DNA of 64,000 nt from Candidatus Uhrbacteria bacterium (lineage in GTDB: Bacteria; Patescibacteriota; Patescibacteriia; JACPHY01). The stretch spans positions 111,505 to 175,504 of the forward strand of contig JACPHY010000001.1 in the NCBI GenBank assembly GCA_016188355.1, written 5' to 3'. Position numbers and translations under genes: made by a program. Shown in pieces: positions 10,346 to 18,562 of the stretch; the first letter of the stretch is position 1, and the number at the start of each line of letters is the position of its first letter. The notes under the pieces are model-generated. The model did no database searches. It was not told where the DNA came from and saw nothing but the letters and a program-made list of their open reading frames with translations.

Positions 10346-11478
10346 TCCGCACCGTAGCTCGTGCGACGCAGTGGTGGTACGAGCGGGCAGTGAAGCCAGT
10401 GCTCTTTCGGTGGGACCCCGAAACCGTGCATGATCATGCACTGCAGTTTGGCGCGTGGATTGGTGCGCATCCTCGGTTACGGGAGATGGTCGCCCACGGA
10501 TATGCATACCACCATCCTGCGCTGACGCAGGAGTTGGCGGGCATCACCTTTCCGGCACCGATTGGTCTCGCGGCAGGATTCGATAAGAATGCGCGACTCC
10601 TGGAGATCCTTCCGGCAGTGGGATTTGGTTTTGCGGAGATTGGTTCGGTGACGGCGGTGCCGTGTGCGGGGAATCCGAAACCGCGGCTCTGGCGTTTGCC
10701 GGAGAGTGGCGCGTTGCAGGTATATTACGGGCTCGCGAATGATGGCGCCGCGATCATCGCGGAGCGATTACGACGGCGAGCGCTGTGCATCCCCATTGGC
10801 GTGAGCGTTGCGAAGACGAATGCGCCGAGTACGGCGGCCCGTGCCGCGGGAATCGCGGATATGGTCGCGGGTATGCGCGCCGTCCAGGGTGTCGGATCGT
10901 ATTGCACGCTCAATGTGAGCTGCCCGAACGCGTTTGGCGGTACGCCATTCTCCGACGACTCCGATGCGCTCGACGAGTTGCTCCAGGAAACAGATGCACT
11001 GCGGAGTGCGGTGCCCGTGTTCCTGAAGTTGCCGTGTGATAGTACTGCGGAGGAGTTTGACGCGCTGTTGGCGGTTGCGGATCGGCATGCAGTTGCCGGA
11101 GTCATTATCAGCAATCTGACGAAGGATCCACAGTATCCAGGAATTGCCGTTGCGGATCGGGCGCGTTTGCAGCGCGGGGGGATCAGCGGGAAACCAGTGG
11201 CGCAGCGCGCGAATGCGCACATTGCACGGACGTATGCGCGATATCGCGATCGTTTCGTGATCGTGGGATGTGGCGGAGTGTTCACGGTGGATGATGCGTA
11301 CGAGAAAATACGGTGCGGTGCATCACTGGTGCAGCTCATCACGGGTATGATCTATCAGGGGCCTTCGCTCATCGGGCAACTGCATCGGGGACTCGTTGAG
11401 CGATTGCATCGTGAGGGATTTGCTTCCATACGCGATGCGGTAGGCAGTGGTGTTGCCGGAATTCATTCTTCATCATGA
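10342..11478 (+). CDS. pyrD: Quinone-dependent (class 2) dihydroorotate dehydrogenase
   Basis: DPETVH N-terminal domain, GLAAGFDKN, GNPKPRLWRL, NVSCPN, GGISG, GASLVQL. ATG overlaps the gpsA stop. Confidence 0.93.
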   Translation: MIRTVARATQWWYERAVKPVLFRWDPETVHDHALQFGAWIGAHPRLREMVAHGYAYHHPALTQELAGITFPAPIGLAAGFDKNARLLEILPAVGFGFAEIGSVTAVPCAGNPKPRLWRLPESGALQVYYGLANDGAAIIAERLRRRALCIPIGVSVAKTNAPSTAARAAGIADMVAGMRAVQGVGSYCTLNVSCPNAFGGTPFSDDSDALDELLQETDALRSAVPVFLKLPCDSTAEEFDALLAVADRHAVAGVIISNLTKDPQYPGIAVADRARLQRGGISGKPVAQRANAHIARTYARYRDRFVIVGCGGVFTVDDAYEKIRCGASLVQLITGMIYQGPSLIGQLHRGLVERLHREGFASIRDAVGSGVAGIHSSS

Positions 11479-11488
11479 GGTATTGTGT

Positions 11489-11965
11489 ATGCCGCGAAGC
11501 ACACGATGGTTGGTGGTACTCCTTCGGGTGGCAATGGGGTGGATGTTGCTCTATGCGGGGATAACCAAAGTACTGGATCCGGCATGGACCGCAGCAGGAT
11601 ACTTGCGTAATGCGCACACTTTTTCGGCGTTCTATCAATGGTTTGCGCAACCGGGCAACATCGAATGGGTGAATGCGCTGAATGCATGGGGATTGACGCT
11701 CATCGGCATCGCGCTCTTCGTGGGGTTGGGCGTTCGTGTTGCTGCGCCTCTTGGCGCGGCGCTCATGTTGCTCTATTATTTCCCTGTATTGCAATTTCCC
11801 CATCCGAACGCGCACAGCTACCTCGTGGATGAGCACATCGTGTACGCATTGGCGCTCCTCGTGCTCGCGGCCATGGGTGCAGGACGGATGATGGGACTGG
11901 ATGCGTGGTGCGCACGACTGCCCCTGTGTCGCCGCTATCCGCGACTTCGATCAATCTTCGGATAA
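11489..11965 (+). CDS. DoxX/TQO small-subunit family membrane protein
   Basis: LLRVAMGW..LYAGITK, VDEHIVY, GAGR..GLD. Confidence 0.85.
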   Translation: MPRSTRWLVVLLRVAMGWMLLYAGITKVLDPAWTAAGYLRNAHTFSAFYQWFAQPGNIEWVNALNAWGLTLIGIALFVGLGVRVAAPLGAALMLLYYFPVLQFPHPNAHSYLVDEHIVYALALLVLAAMGAGRMMGLDAWCARLPLCRRYPRLRSIFG

Positions 11966-11976
11966 CATCTTGGCGT

Positions 11977-12357
11977 ATGCGAACATGGACCGGCGTGGGA
12001 ATCGTGGCGGGTATCATGTTATTGGGAGGTGCTGTGGTGTATTACCAGTTTCGAGCGCCCGCCCCCTTGGATGCATTTGCGTCCTGCCTCAAAGAAAAGG
12101 GCGCGGTGATGTACGGGACATCGTGGTGTCCGCATTGTACGCGTCAGAAGCAAATGTTCGGACGTTCGTTCCGGCGCGCGGCGTACGTGGAGTGCTCGAT
12201 GCCGGGGAATCCGAATGCGCAGGCTCCGGTGTGTCAGGAGCAGAAGATCACGGGATATCCCACATGGATTTTTGCGGATGCGTCGCGCGTCTCCGGCGTA
12301 CAGGAGCTTACCGCACTCGCGGAGAAGACGGGCTGTGCGCTGCCGGTACGTAAATGA
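11977..12357 (+). CDS. Membrane-anchored thioredoxin-like protein (VKOR partner domain)
   Basis: FASCLKEKGAVMYGTSWCPHC..QKQMFG, YVEC, ITGYPTW, as in the Trx domain fused to cyanobacterial/plant VKOR. Confidence 0.85.
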   Translation: MRTWTGVGIVAGIMLLGGAVVYYQFRAPAPLDAFASCLKEKGAVMYGTSWCPHCTRQKQMFGRSFRRAAYVECSMPGNPNAQAPVCQEQKITGYPTWIFADASRVSGVQELTALAEKTGCALPVRK

Positions 12358-12446
12358 GCAACCCTGTTTTTCTGTATGCGCACCGTCCGTGTGGGGCGGC
12401 GCGCGTGCGGGAGAGGGATCGAGGGACAGGGTGATGGTGTGTTCCT

Positions 12447-12893
12447 ATGCGTCGTTTATTGTTCGCGGTCGCGGTATTCGCATTGGCGGGCACGTTGGTT
12501 TCCGGGTATGCGCTGCGACAGCATTATGCACCAGCGGGGAGTTCGTTTTGCAATGTCACCACCACGTTCTCCTGTGATCTCGTGAATCAGAGTACGTACT
12601 CGGAAATCATGGGAATTCCGGTCGCCGCGATTGGTGTGGTGGGATATGTTGCAATGTTGGTGCTCGCGATGATCGCGCGGGGGAATGCGCGACGCGCGGC
12701 GTGGTGCATCCCCTGGTTGCGTGCGGGTGCGATCGGGGGGATCGTGTTTTCGTTGATTCTCACCGGTATTGAGTTGTTCATCATCGGCGCAATTTGTGTG
12801 CTATGCGTTGCGTCGCAAGTATTGATGTTCGCGATTGGGGGATGCGTGGCCATGCTTCCGCGGTCTTCTCGGTCTCCTGGCCCTGAATCGTAA
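12447..12893 (+). CDS. Vitamin K epoxide reductase (VKOR) family protein
   Basis: Loop Cys pair C(NVTTTFS)C, V.QS.YSEI.GIPVA, TM CVLC. Confidence 0.92.
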   Translation: MRRLLFAVAVFALAGTLVSGYALRQHYAPAGSSFCNVTTTFSCDLVNQSTYSEIMGIPVAAIGVVGYVAMLVLAMIARGNARRAAWCIPWLRAGAIGGIVFSLILTGIELFIIGAICVLCVASQVLMFAIGGCVAMLPRSSRSPGPES

Positions 12894-13267
12894 TTGCTGC
12901 CCTCTGTTCCTCGTGTGCGGGTTCGGCGCGCGTCAGGAGGATCGGACAGCGTGGATACGTGTCGATAGACAATCAAATATACGCGGCATACGGGAGCCAA
13001 TGCGTAGGCGATTGTTCATGGAGCAGCATGGAGCGAAAGCTGAACAGGATTGACGTCGCTCGAGACGGTTGCGTACGCTGCTCCTAACGCAGAACGAATC
13101 CCTCCGCGACAAACGAACCACGCGCACGGCGCGTGGTTCGCGTATGGGGGATCGTGCCTGCCGCCGTTCCCATGGAGGGCCGGTGCACATCACATTTCAT
13201 GCCCAGCGTATCGACATCGTCCCTCGGAGTGCAACATCCCAAAGGAGTGCTGCTGCCGTTCCGCATC

Positions 13268-14599
13268 ATGCGTCGTGCGCTGCGTGGCGGATTTCGGTGG
13301 TTACCGTGGAGCGCGTTCGTTGGTATCGCGGTGATTGGCGGCATGCTTGCGGTGCGTGCCCGCCTACAGGCGGCGCGCCCTCGCGCGCAGATGCGCGTCC
13401 TCGCTCCGCCTGCGGTACCGATCGTTTCGTCGGCCGCTCTCGAGCAGCCGGTATCAGTTGCCACTGTTGCTGCTGCGCTGCGTCGTGGAGCGTTGGCCGG
13501 GACATTGCCGATCGCGGACGTGACGCTCGATGCGTCGGCATCAGATTGGGGGGCAGTGGTCTTGCTTCCGCAGTTGCATCGATATCCGGGGAGCGTCTCG
13601 GCCGATGCGGTGAATGATCGGGCAGTGCGTGCGCAGCGGCAGACATATGACATTCTCCGTGGTCTCCTGCGACAGTGGCCGATTGAGTTGATGATGGTCG
13701 AAGGGGAATTGGCGGGACCGGTATCGAGAGAAAAACGGGATCGTACGGCACAGCGCATCGCCGCGCGTGCGGAGATGGTGCGTGTGCAAGACGCGTTGCG
13801 TATCGTCATCACGCAGACGGAGGACGAGGAAGCGCGATCGCGATTGGAACAATTTGCGCGTACGATTCCTGCGGCACTGGTGCGCGCGGATCGTGCTATT
13901 GCGTTGGATGGTGCGCCCTATCAATTGTGGGCGGAGGGGCAGTCGCTCACGATGGTTGGTGCGGAACGCGCGGCCACGCGCGCAACGAGTGCAGATCTCG
14001 TGCGGACGCAAGTCTACCTCCAGGACCGTCTGGCGGCGTTGACGGGATCCGATCGTATCGTTCCGACTACTCCAATGACGACCCTCCTTGCGGATACATC
14101 CGCACGGACGAATCTCCTGCGCGCGTACCTCCAGGCGCGTACGCAGCGTGCGCCAGGGTCAGGAAAAGCAGGGTCGATATCGGCTTCGAGTATGCGCGAT
14201 CCGGCGCTCGCTCCGTATGCGCAACAGCTGCAGCGTGCATTGGTGATGCTTGAGGATGCGGAATCCGCGTCTTCGGATGGTCAGGTCCGCGCGCCGTCGC
14301 GTGCAGCGAATCCGTATCTGCGCATTCAGGATCCCCGGACGATTCGTCGGATGCTTGAAGAAAACGAATCCGCAATAACGCAGACGGTGCTCGAGCAGCG
14401 GAATGGCGAAACGGCGGAATATATGGCACAAGCGCTTCGCGTACAGGGCGGTGGCGTGGGCATGTTGCAGTATGGTGCTGCACATGCGCCCGGGTTGGCG
14501 CGCGCGTTGCGGGCGCAGGGATTAACGGTGCTGACGGTGACGCCGGACGAGGTGGCGCAACGTATGCAGGAGCCCGATGCATCCACACGCCGTCCATGA
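13268..14599 (+). CDS. Membrane-anchored TraB/GumN/Tiki (EreA/ChaN superfamily)-like protein
   Basis: N-terminal TM helix; ordered motifs LPQLH, MMVEGE, QRN..A, YGAAHAPGL..AL. Start could be as early as 13133. Confidence 0.55.
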   Translation: MRRALRGGFRWLPWSAFVGIAVIGGMLAVRARLQAARPRAQMRVLAPPAVPIVSSAALEQPVSVATVAAALRRGALAGTLPIADVTLDASASDWGAVVLLPQLHRYPGSVSADAVNDRAVRAQRQTYDILRGLLRQWPIELMMVEGELAGPVSREKRDRTAQRIAARAEMVRVQDALRIVITQTEDEEARSRLEQFARTIPAALVRADRAIALDGAPYQLWAEGQSLTMVGAERAATRATSADLVRTQVYLQDRLAALTGSDRIVPTTPMTTLLADTSARTNLLRAYLQARTQRAPGSGKAGSISASSMRDPALAPYAQQLQRALVMLEDAESASSDGQVRAPSRAANPYLRIQDPRTIRRMLEENESAITQTVLEQRNGETAEYMAQALRVQGGGVGMLQYGAAHAPGLARALRAQGLTVLTVTPDEVAQRMQEPDASTRRP

Positions 14600-14628
14600 G
14601 GGTTGGTGCGTGATGGTGATCGCATCCG

Positions 14629-14662
14629 GCATCGACCCCTCCCGATCGGGAAGGGTCGATGC
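14629..14662. terminator. Hairpin between convergent genes
   Basis: GCATCGACCC..CCC GATC GGG..GGGTCGATGC inverted repeat. Confidence 0.6.
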
Positions 14663-14697
14663 GAAATGGGATGAATCGCGCGGCGTCGCATGGGACA

Positions 14698-15396
14698 TTA
14701 CCTGCGATCACCGAAGAGCGCATCGAGAATGAGGAGTTCGCCCAATCGGGAACTGCCCGATGTTTGATCACCATTCAGGATGGAGTCGTCGGAATTACCG
14801 AACAGCGATTCGAGGACCAGGAGTTCCCCCAACGATGATCCTCCAAGGCCGTTGCCGAAGAGATCTGTGCCATTTCCAAAGAGTGATTCCAGGACCATGA
14901 GTTCTCCCAGTTGCGATCGGCCGTTTCGGTTGCTGCCGTTGGAGATGCGGTCCAGGGTAAGGAGATCCTGGAGATTGGAAGATCCGGTCATGGTGCCGTT
15001 CGTATCAGAGAATAGCCCCTCGAGGATGATGAGTTCTCCCAATGAAGATCCACCGAGATCCCCATTCCCGAACAGTGATTCCAGGATGAGGAGACGGCTG
15101 AGATCGCTGCCCGTTCGGGTGGGTGCAGTGGTTGTATTTTGGCGTTGATTCGGCGTGGAGTTCTCGGATGAGGGGCTGGTGGTGTCGATTTCCCAATTTT
15201 GATCGGAATTCGGATCGTTGGTGTTCGGATTTTCGGTTTCTTCCCAGGTTGCTGCAGTGGCGGTCGCCGTGTTACGAATCGCGCCCCACATGGTACCGAG
15301 GGCGAGGACGAGCGTGAGCGCGATGGTCACAATGCGTTTTCCGGGAGCGGTGAGTGCAATCATACGCAATACACAGTAGTGTCGGATGGTGAGCAT
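14698..15396 (-). CDS. Secreted repeat protein A (6x SxLGEL[IL][IV]L[DE]xLFG)
   Basis: Signal/TM segment, acidic Asn/Thr linker, then six imperfect copies of the motif separated by Gly/Asn/Ser spacers. Confidence 0.85.
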   Translation of the reverse strand: MLTIRHYCVLRMIALTAPGKRIVTIALTLVLALGTMWGAIRNTATATAATWEETENPNTNDPNSDQNWEIDTTSPSSENSTPNQRQNTTTAPTRTGSDLSRLLILESLFGNGDLGGSSLGELIILEGLFSDTNGTMTGSSNLQDLLTLDRISNGSNRNGRSQLGELMVLESLFGNGTDLFGNGLGGSSLGELLVLESLFGNSDDSILNGDQTSGSSRLGELLILDALFGDRR

Positions 15397-15478
15397 TCGT
15401 CAGTGGGTGGACGAGTTCGACCTTTAGGTGCGTGGCAGCGTGTGCGATCACAGATCGCGAGTGTGCACGCATGGAGCT

Positions 15479-15507
15479 TATACGCGGGATGCAGAGACGG
15501 TGTTTCA
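15479..15507 (-). promoter_or_regulatory. ECF-type promoter TGAAAC-N17-CGTATA for repeat protein A
   Basis: Reverse complement of 15502-15507 is TGAAAC, then a 17-nt spacer, then CGTATA (15479-15484). Same layout as the motif at 16648. Confidence 0.7.
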
Positions 15508-15512
15508 TTACG

Positions 15513-15545
15513 ACACACCTACCCCGCAATTTGGGGTAGGTGTGT
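15513..15545. terminator. Hairpin ending the sigma/anti-sigma transcript
   Basis: ACACACCTACCCC / GGGGTAGGTGTGT 13-bp stem between the anti-sigma stop and the ECF promoter. Confidence 0.65.
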
Positions 15546-15561
15546 TCGATGCAGGCACTGC

Positions 15562-15918
15562 TTATGGCGTCGCTACGGATATGACACGCAGATGTGTGTC
15601 ACCGCGATGGGTGTACATCGCATGATGCCGATGGCTGTTCCAGATGCGGCATAAGACGATCCCCAGCACCGCTGCCCCCACTTCTCTCCATGCCGATGCG
15701 GGAAACGCGGATGCCGATGATTCGGTGGCGATGCGATACATGGCGCTCGTCACGCGGAGAGCCACCACAAGCGCGGCTGCGATTTGGAGTACCGTGATCG
15801 CTCGGGCACGACGACGTTCGGCATACACACGAGACATGGTTTGTGTGTGGAGCAGGGGAGGGAACTCGGGCTCGGTGATCACGGGAGGCGTGTCCGTAAG
15901 GAGCGGAGTTTCGTGCAT
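15562..15918 (-). CDS. Putative anti-sigma membrane protein
   Basis: Directly downstream of the ECF sigma. P..L...TMSRV cytoplasmic helix followed by two hydrophobic segments. Confidence 0.55.
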   Translation of the reverse strand: MHETPLLTDTPPVITEPEFPPLLHTQTMSRVYAERRRARAITVLQIAAALVVALRVTSAMYRIATESSASAFPASAWREVGAAVLGIVLCRIWNSHRHHAMYTHRGDTHLRVISVATP

Positions 15919-15937
15919 ACGATGGGCAATAGAGGTG

Positions 15938-16501
15938 CTATGGGCTATCGACGTGGTGATTGCGAATGGCAATTTTTGCGCGTCGTACGAATGTTTTCAC
16001 GGTATTCGTGGGCACAGAAATGATACCCGCGATTTCGTCGTATGTATATCCCTGCCAGTAGTGGAGGAGGAGCACCTCGCGATAGATGGGTCGCAAACCA
16101 GCGAGGGCGCGCTCGATATCGAGTTGTGCAGCGAGTTGCAGCGGCGATCGGAAGGCATCGGCATGGGTGTCGGGAGGGTCCTCATTGCTGTCGGGATCAT
16201 CGAACGCTAAATACACGCGGTGGCGAGCGGATTTTCGAAACCAGTCGTAGACTACGTGCCTGGCGATCGTGAACATCCACGCGCCAAATGGACGTCCTGG
16301 TTCGTATGTGTGGATGTGCTGATAGAGTTTCAGGAATGTTTCCTGTGTGAGCTCCGCGGCATCATCGCGATTATTCACCATGCGAATAATGAATCCGTAG
16401 ATGCGATGTTCATAATGCGACACGATATGCGTAAACGCATGCATATCTCCGCGTTTTGCGGCGATGAGGATTTCTGTGGGAGGGGGAGGGAGTGGTGCCA
16501 T
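15938..16501 (-). CDS. ECF RNA polymerase sigma-70 factor (SigW/RpoE-like)
   Basis: AKRGDMHAF..IV..Y, DAAELTQETFLK, F.AWMFTIARH, region 4 YDEIAGIISVPTNTVKT. Confidence 0.92.
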   Translation of the reverse strand: MAPLPPPPTEILIAAKRGDMHAFTHIVSHYEHRIYGFIIRMVNNRDDAAELTQETFLKLYQHIHTYEPGRPFGAWMFTIARHVVYDWFRKSARHRVYLAFDDPDSNEDPPDTHADAFRSPLQLAAQLDIERALAGLRPIYREVLLLHYWQGYTYDEIAGIISVPTNTVKTFVRRAKIAIRNHHVDSP

Positions 16502-16647
16502 AGCGGCGTCGCGTGCGAGCGCCGGCCGTAGATGCCACAGAGTGGTGCGTCACATGAATTGTCGGTGGGTTGGGGCAGTCCTGCGGTGCGTTCGTGATGC
16601 GTGGCGAGATGTTCCGCAATGCAGACTCAGAGCGTTGCGTGGCATTC

Positions 16648-16675
16648 TGAAACCGTGACCGGATGCCGCGCGTAT
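16648..16675 (+). promoter_or_regulatory. ECF-type promoter TGAAAC-N17-CGTAT for LysM repeat protein B
   Basis: TGAAAC at 16648-16653, 17-nt spacer, CGTAT at 16671-16675. Confidence 0.7.
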
Positions 16676-16851
16676 GACCTTCTGAGACTCGTCGAGGATA
16701 GCACAAGGCGAGTACTCGGTAAAGGTCGACGCGTACGGCATGAGTGACGCAGGCGCCGTGCTTCCGGAGTATGTGCGCATGATTCGTCGATGCATGGATC
16801 GCGAGTGAAGCACGCATATGGCGGAGCGCATGCACGCACTGCTTTTGTGAT

Positions 16852-17454
16852 ATGGCATTCGTCACTTCCGAACGATACCCCGCAACGACGGGATGGCATT
16901 GGGTTGCCATGAGTACGGGTGTACTCCTCGCGGTATTGGCAGTTACGGTATTCCGCGTGCCGCAGGCCGCAGCAGCGCAGACCGTGGACGGAGGAGTGGG
17001 AAATGGCATGCTCGGTACTTCGAATCTCGGAGAGCTGATCGTGCTGGATGGTTTATTCAATGGAGGAGGCGATGGGATTTTGGGAGGCGGCAATGGGAGG
17101 TCGCGACTGGGAGAGCTGATTGTTCTGGGCGGACTCTTTGATGGCGGTGGTCGCGCCGTTATCGTGGAATCCGGAGATACGCTGTCCGGTATTGCGCAGC
17201 GATTCTTGGGTACTGCGTCTCGGTTCCCGGAGATTGCTGCGCTCAATGGTATCGCAAATCCCAACCTCATCTTCCCGGGCCAGCGGTTGCAGCTTCCGGC
17301 GAATGGTGGGGTGGTGGGCACTTCCGGCGGACTCGGTGAGTTGCTGGTGCTCGACAGTCTGTTCGATGGCGGATCTGGGGGGAGGAACGGCACCTCAAAT
17401 CTCGGCGAGCTCATCATCCTGGATCGGCTGTTTGGCGGCGGAGGCATATTCTGA
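16852..17454 (+). CDS. Secreted LysM-domain repeat protein B (4x SxLGEL[IL][IV]L[DG]xLF)
   Basis: Signal peptide (..QAAAA), two repeats, LysM domain ([33 protein letters not shown], ~17158-17298), two more repeats. Confidence 0.88.
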   Translation: MAFVTSERYPATTGWHWVAMSTGVLLAVLAVTVFRVPQAAAAQTVDGGVGNGMLGTSNLGELIVLDGLFNGGGDGILGGGNGRSRLGELIVLGGLFDGGGRAVIVESGDTLSGIAQRFLGTASRFPEIAALNGIANPNLIFPGQRLQLPANGGVVGTSGGLGELLVLDSLFDGGSGGRNGTSNLGELIILDRLFGGGGIF

Positions 17455-17575
17455 GAGGCAGACTCCATGCGTCTCTCTTGAGGATACATGTCGCACAGAG
17501 CGTCTCGCGGTATGCATCGCGGGACGTTCTGTTGCGTGATTAAGATGGGAATTTCGATTACCATGGAAGTGATGT

Positions 17576-17809
17576 ATGATGCTCTCACCGAATTACTGGG
17601 AATACGGCGGCTGGTGGATTGGTATCGGTATGGTGCTTTGGTGGGTACTTCTGGTACTGGTCATTGTGGCATTGGTCCGTTGGATGGTTGGTGACTGGGA
17701 TCGACGACATCGGGGGAAGTCGGCGCGGGATATTCTTGAGGAGCGTTATGTGCGGGGAGAAATTTCGAAAGCGGAGTTCGAAGAAAAGCGTCACGATCTT
17801 GGAGCGTGA
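17576..17809 (+). CDS. SHOCT domain membrane protein
   Basis: TM helix then ARDILEERYVRGEISKAEFEEKR. Confidence 0.9.
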   Translation: MMLSPNYWEYGGWWIGIGMVLWWVLLVLVIVALVRWMVGDWDRRHRGKSARDILEERYVRGEISKAEFEEKRHDLGA

Positions 17810-17850
17810 TTGGGAAGGTGGCCGTGTACCGCGCACCACGACATGCTATC

Positions 17851-18252
17851 ATGGCGCATGATATGCGCCGTAGCGTATTTCGTGGTCTTACGACAGCGAT
17901 ACTCGCCATCCTGTTCCTGGTGCTCATGTTGCATGTGGGCGGCATGGGCTTGTTGCCGTCCGCTGCGGCGTGTCACGCCATGAGCAGTACGTCGTCCTGG
18001 TGCATCGTGACGGAAATGCTCGCGCAATCGTTGGTGTCGACCATCGCGTCCCTGGTGGCTGCTTTGGTGGTGGTTGGTGGGGTCAGTGGGGCAGCGGTCG
18101 TGGGTGACGGACGTACGATGCGCATGCGCGCACCGCCGCTCGCGTCCGCATTAGTGGTGCCTACGCTTCGTGCGTTGTGGCGTGGGAGAGCGCGTTGTCG
18201 CGATGCGATGATTGGGTGGCGCTCGTTCCGCATGAACGAACGTCATGGGTAA
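17851..18252 (+). CDS. Small exported/membrane protein with Cys/His/Met patch and RAPP motif
   Basis: Signal-like N-terminus, CHAM..WC, RAPP at 18127-18138. Upstream of the copper genes. Confidence 0.55.
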   Translation: MAHDMRRSVFRGLTTAILAILFLVLMLHVGGMGLLPSAAACHAMSSTSSWCIVTEMLAQSLVSTIASLVAALVVVGGVSGAAVVGDGRTMRMRAPPLASALVVPTLRALWRGRARCRDAMIGWRSFRMNERHG

Positions 18253-18352
18253 TGGATACGGGAGGAGGACGCTTCGTCGTTGCGGACGCATCAGGGGACC
18301 GTCCGTCTTTTATTTTATTCATGCATTGCGCTTCGGAATGGTGTTTTGACGT

Positions 18353-18559
18353 ATGCGTACGATCTACCAGGTTCAGGGCATTCACTGCGCGTCGTGTGTG
18401 GCGAAAATCGAAAAAGCGTTGCAGGGGGTGGCAGGTGTGACGAAGGTGTCGGTGAATTTCGCCACGGAGACCGCGACCGTCGATGGGGACGTATCACTGG
18501 AGGCACTTGCACCTGCGGTGGCGCGGGTGGGTGCGTACACATTGGAACCCATGGAGTGA
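18353..18559 (+). CDS. copZ: Heavy-metal-associated (CopZ-like) domain protein
   Basis: VQGIHCASCVAKIEKAL..V.GV..VSVNFATETATV. Confidence 0.85.
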   Translation: MRTIYQVQGIHCASCVAKIEKALQGVAGVTKVSVNFATETATVDGDVSLEALAPAVARVGAYTLEPME

Positions 18560-18562
18560 CGC

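Noticed and set aside
14700-15110. Repeated DNA units considered as a CRISPR array or DGR template/variable pair
   Set aside because: The units are coding, of irregular period and divergent at synonymous sites rather than specifically at adenines. No cas or RT gene is present in the window.
16410-17588. 392-aa - strand Pro/Ser-rich ORF
   Set aside because: Reverse-frame shadow of the Gly-rich LysM repeat gene.
18557-18559. TGA as selenocysteine or as Gly/Trp (code 25/4)
   Set aside because: Many conserved genes here end in TGA, so it is a true stop genome-wide. The position is a linker, not a Cys-homologous site.
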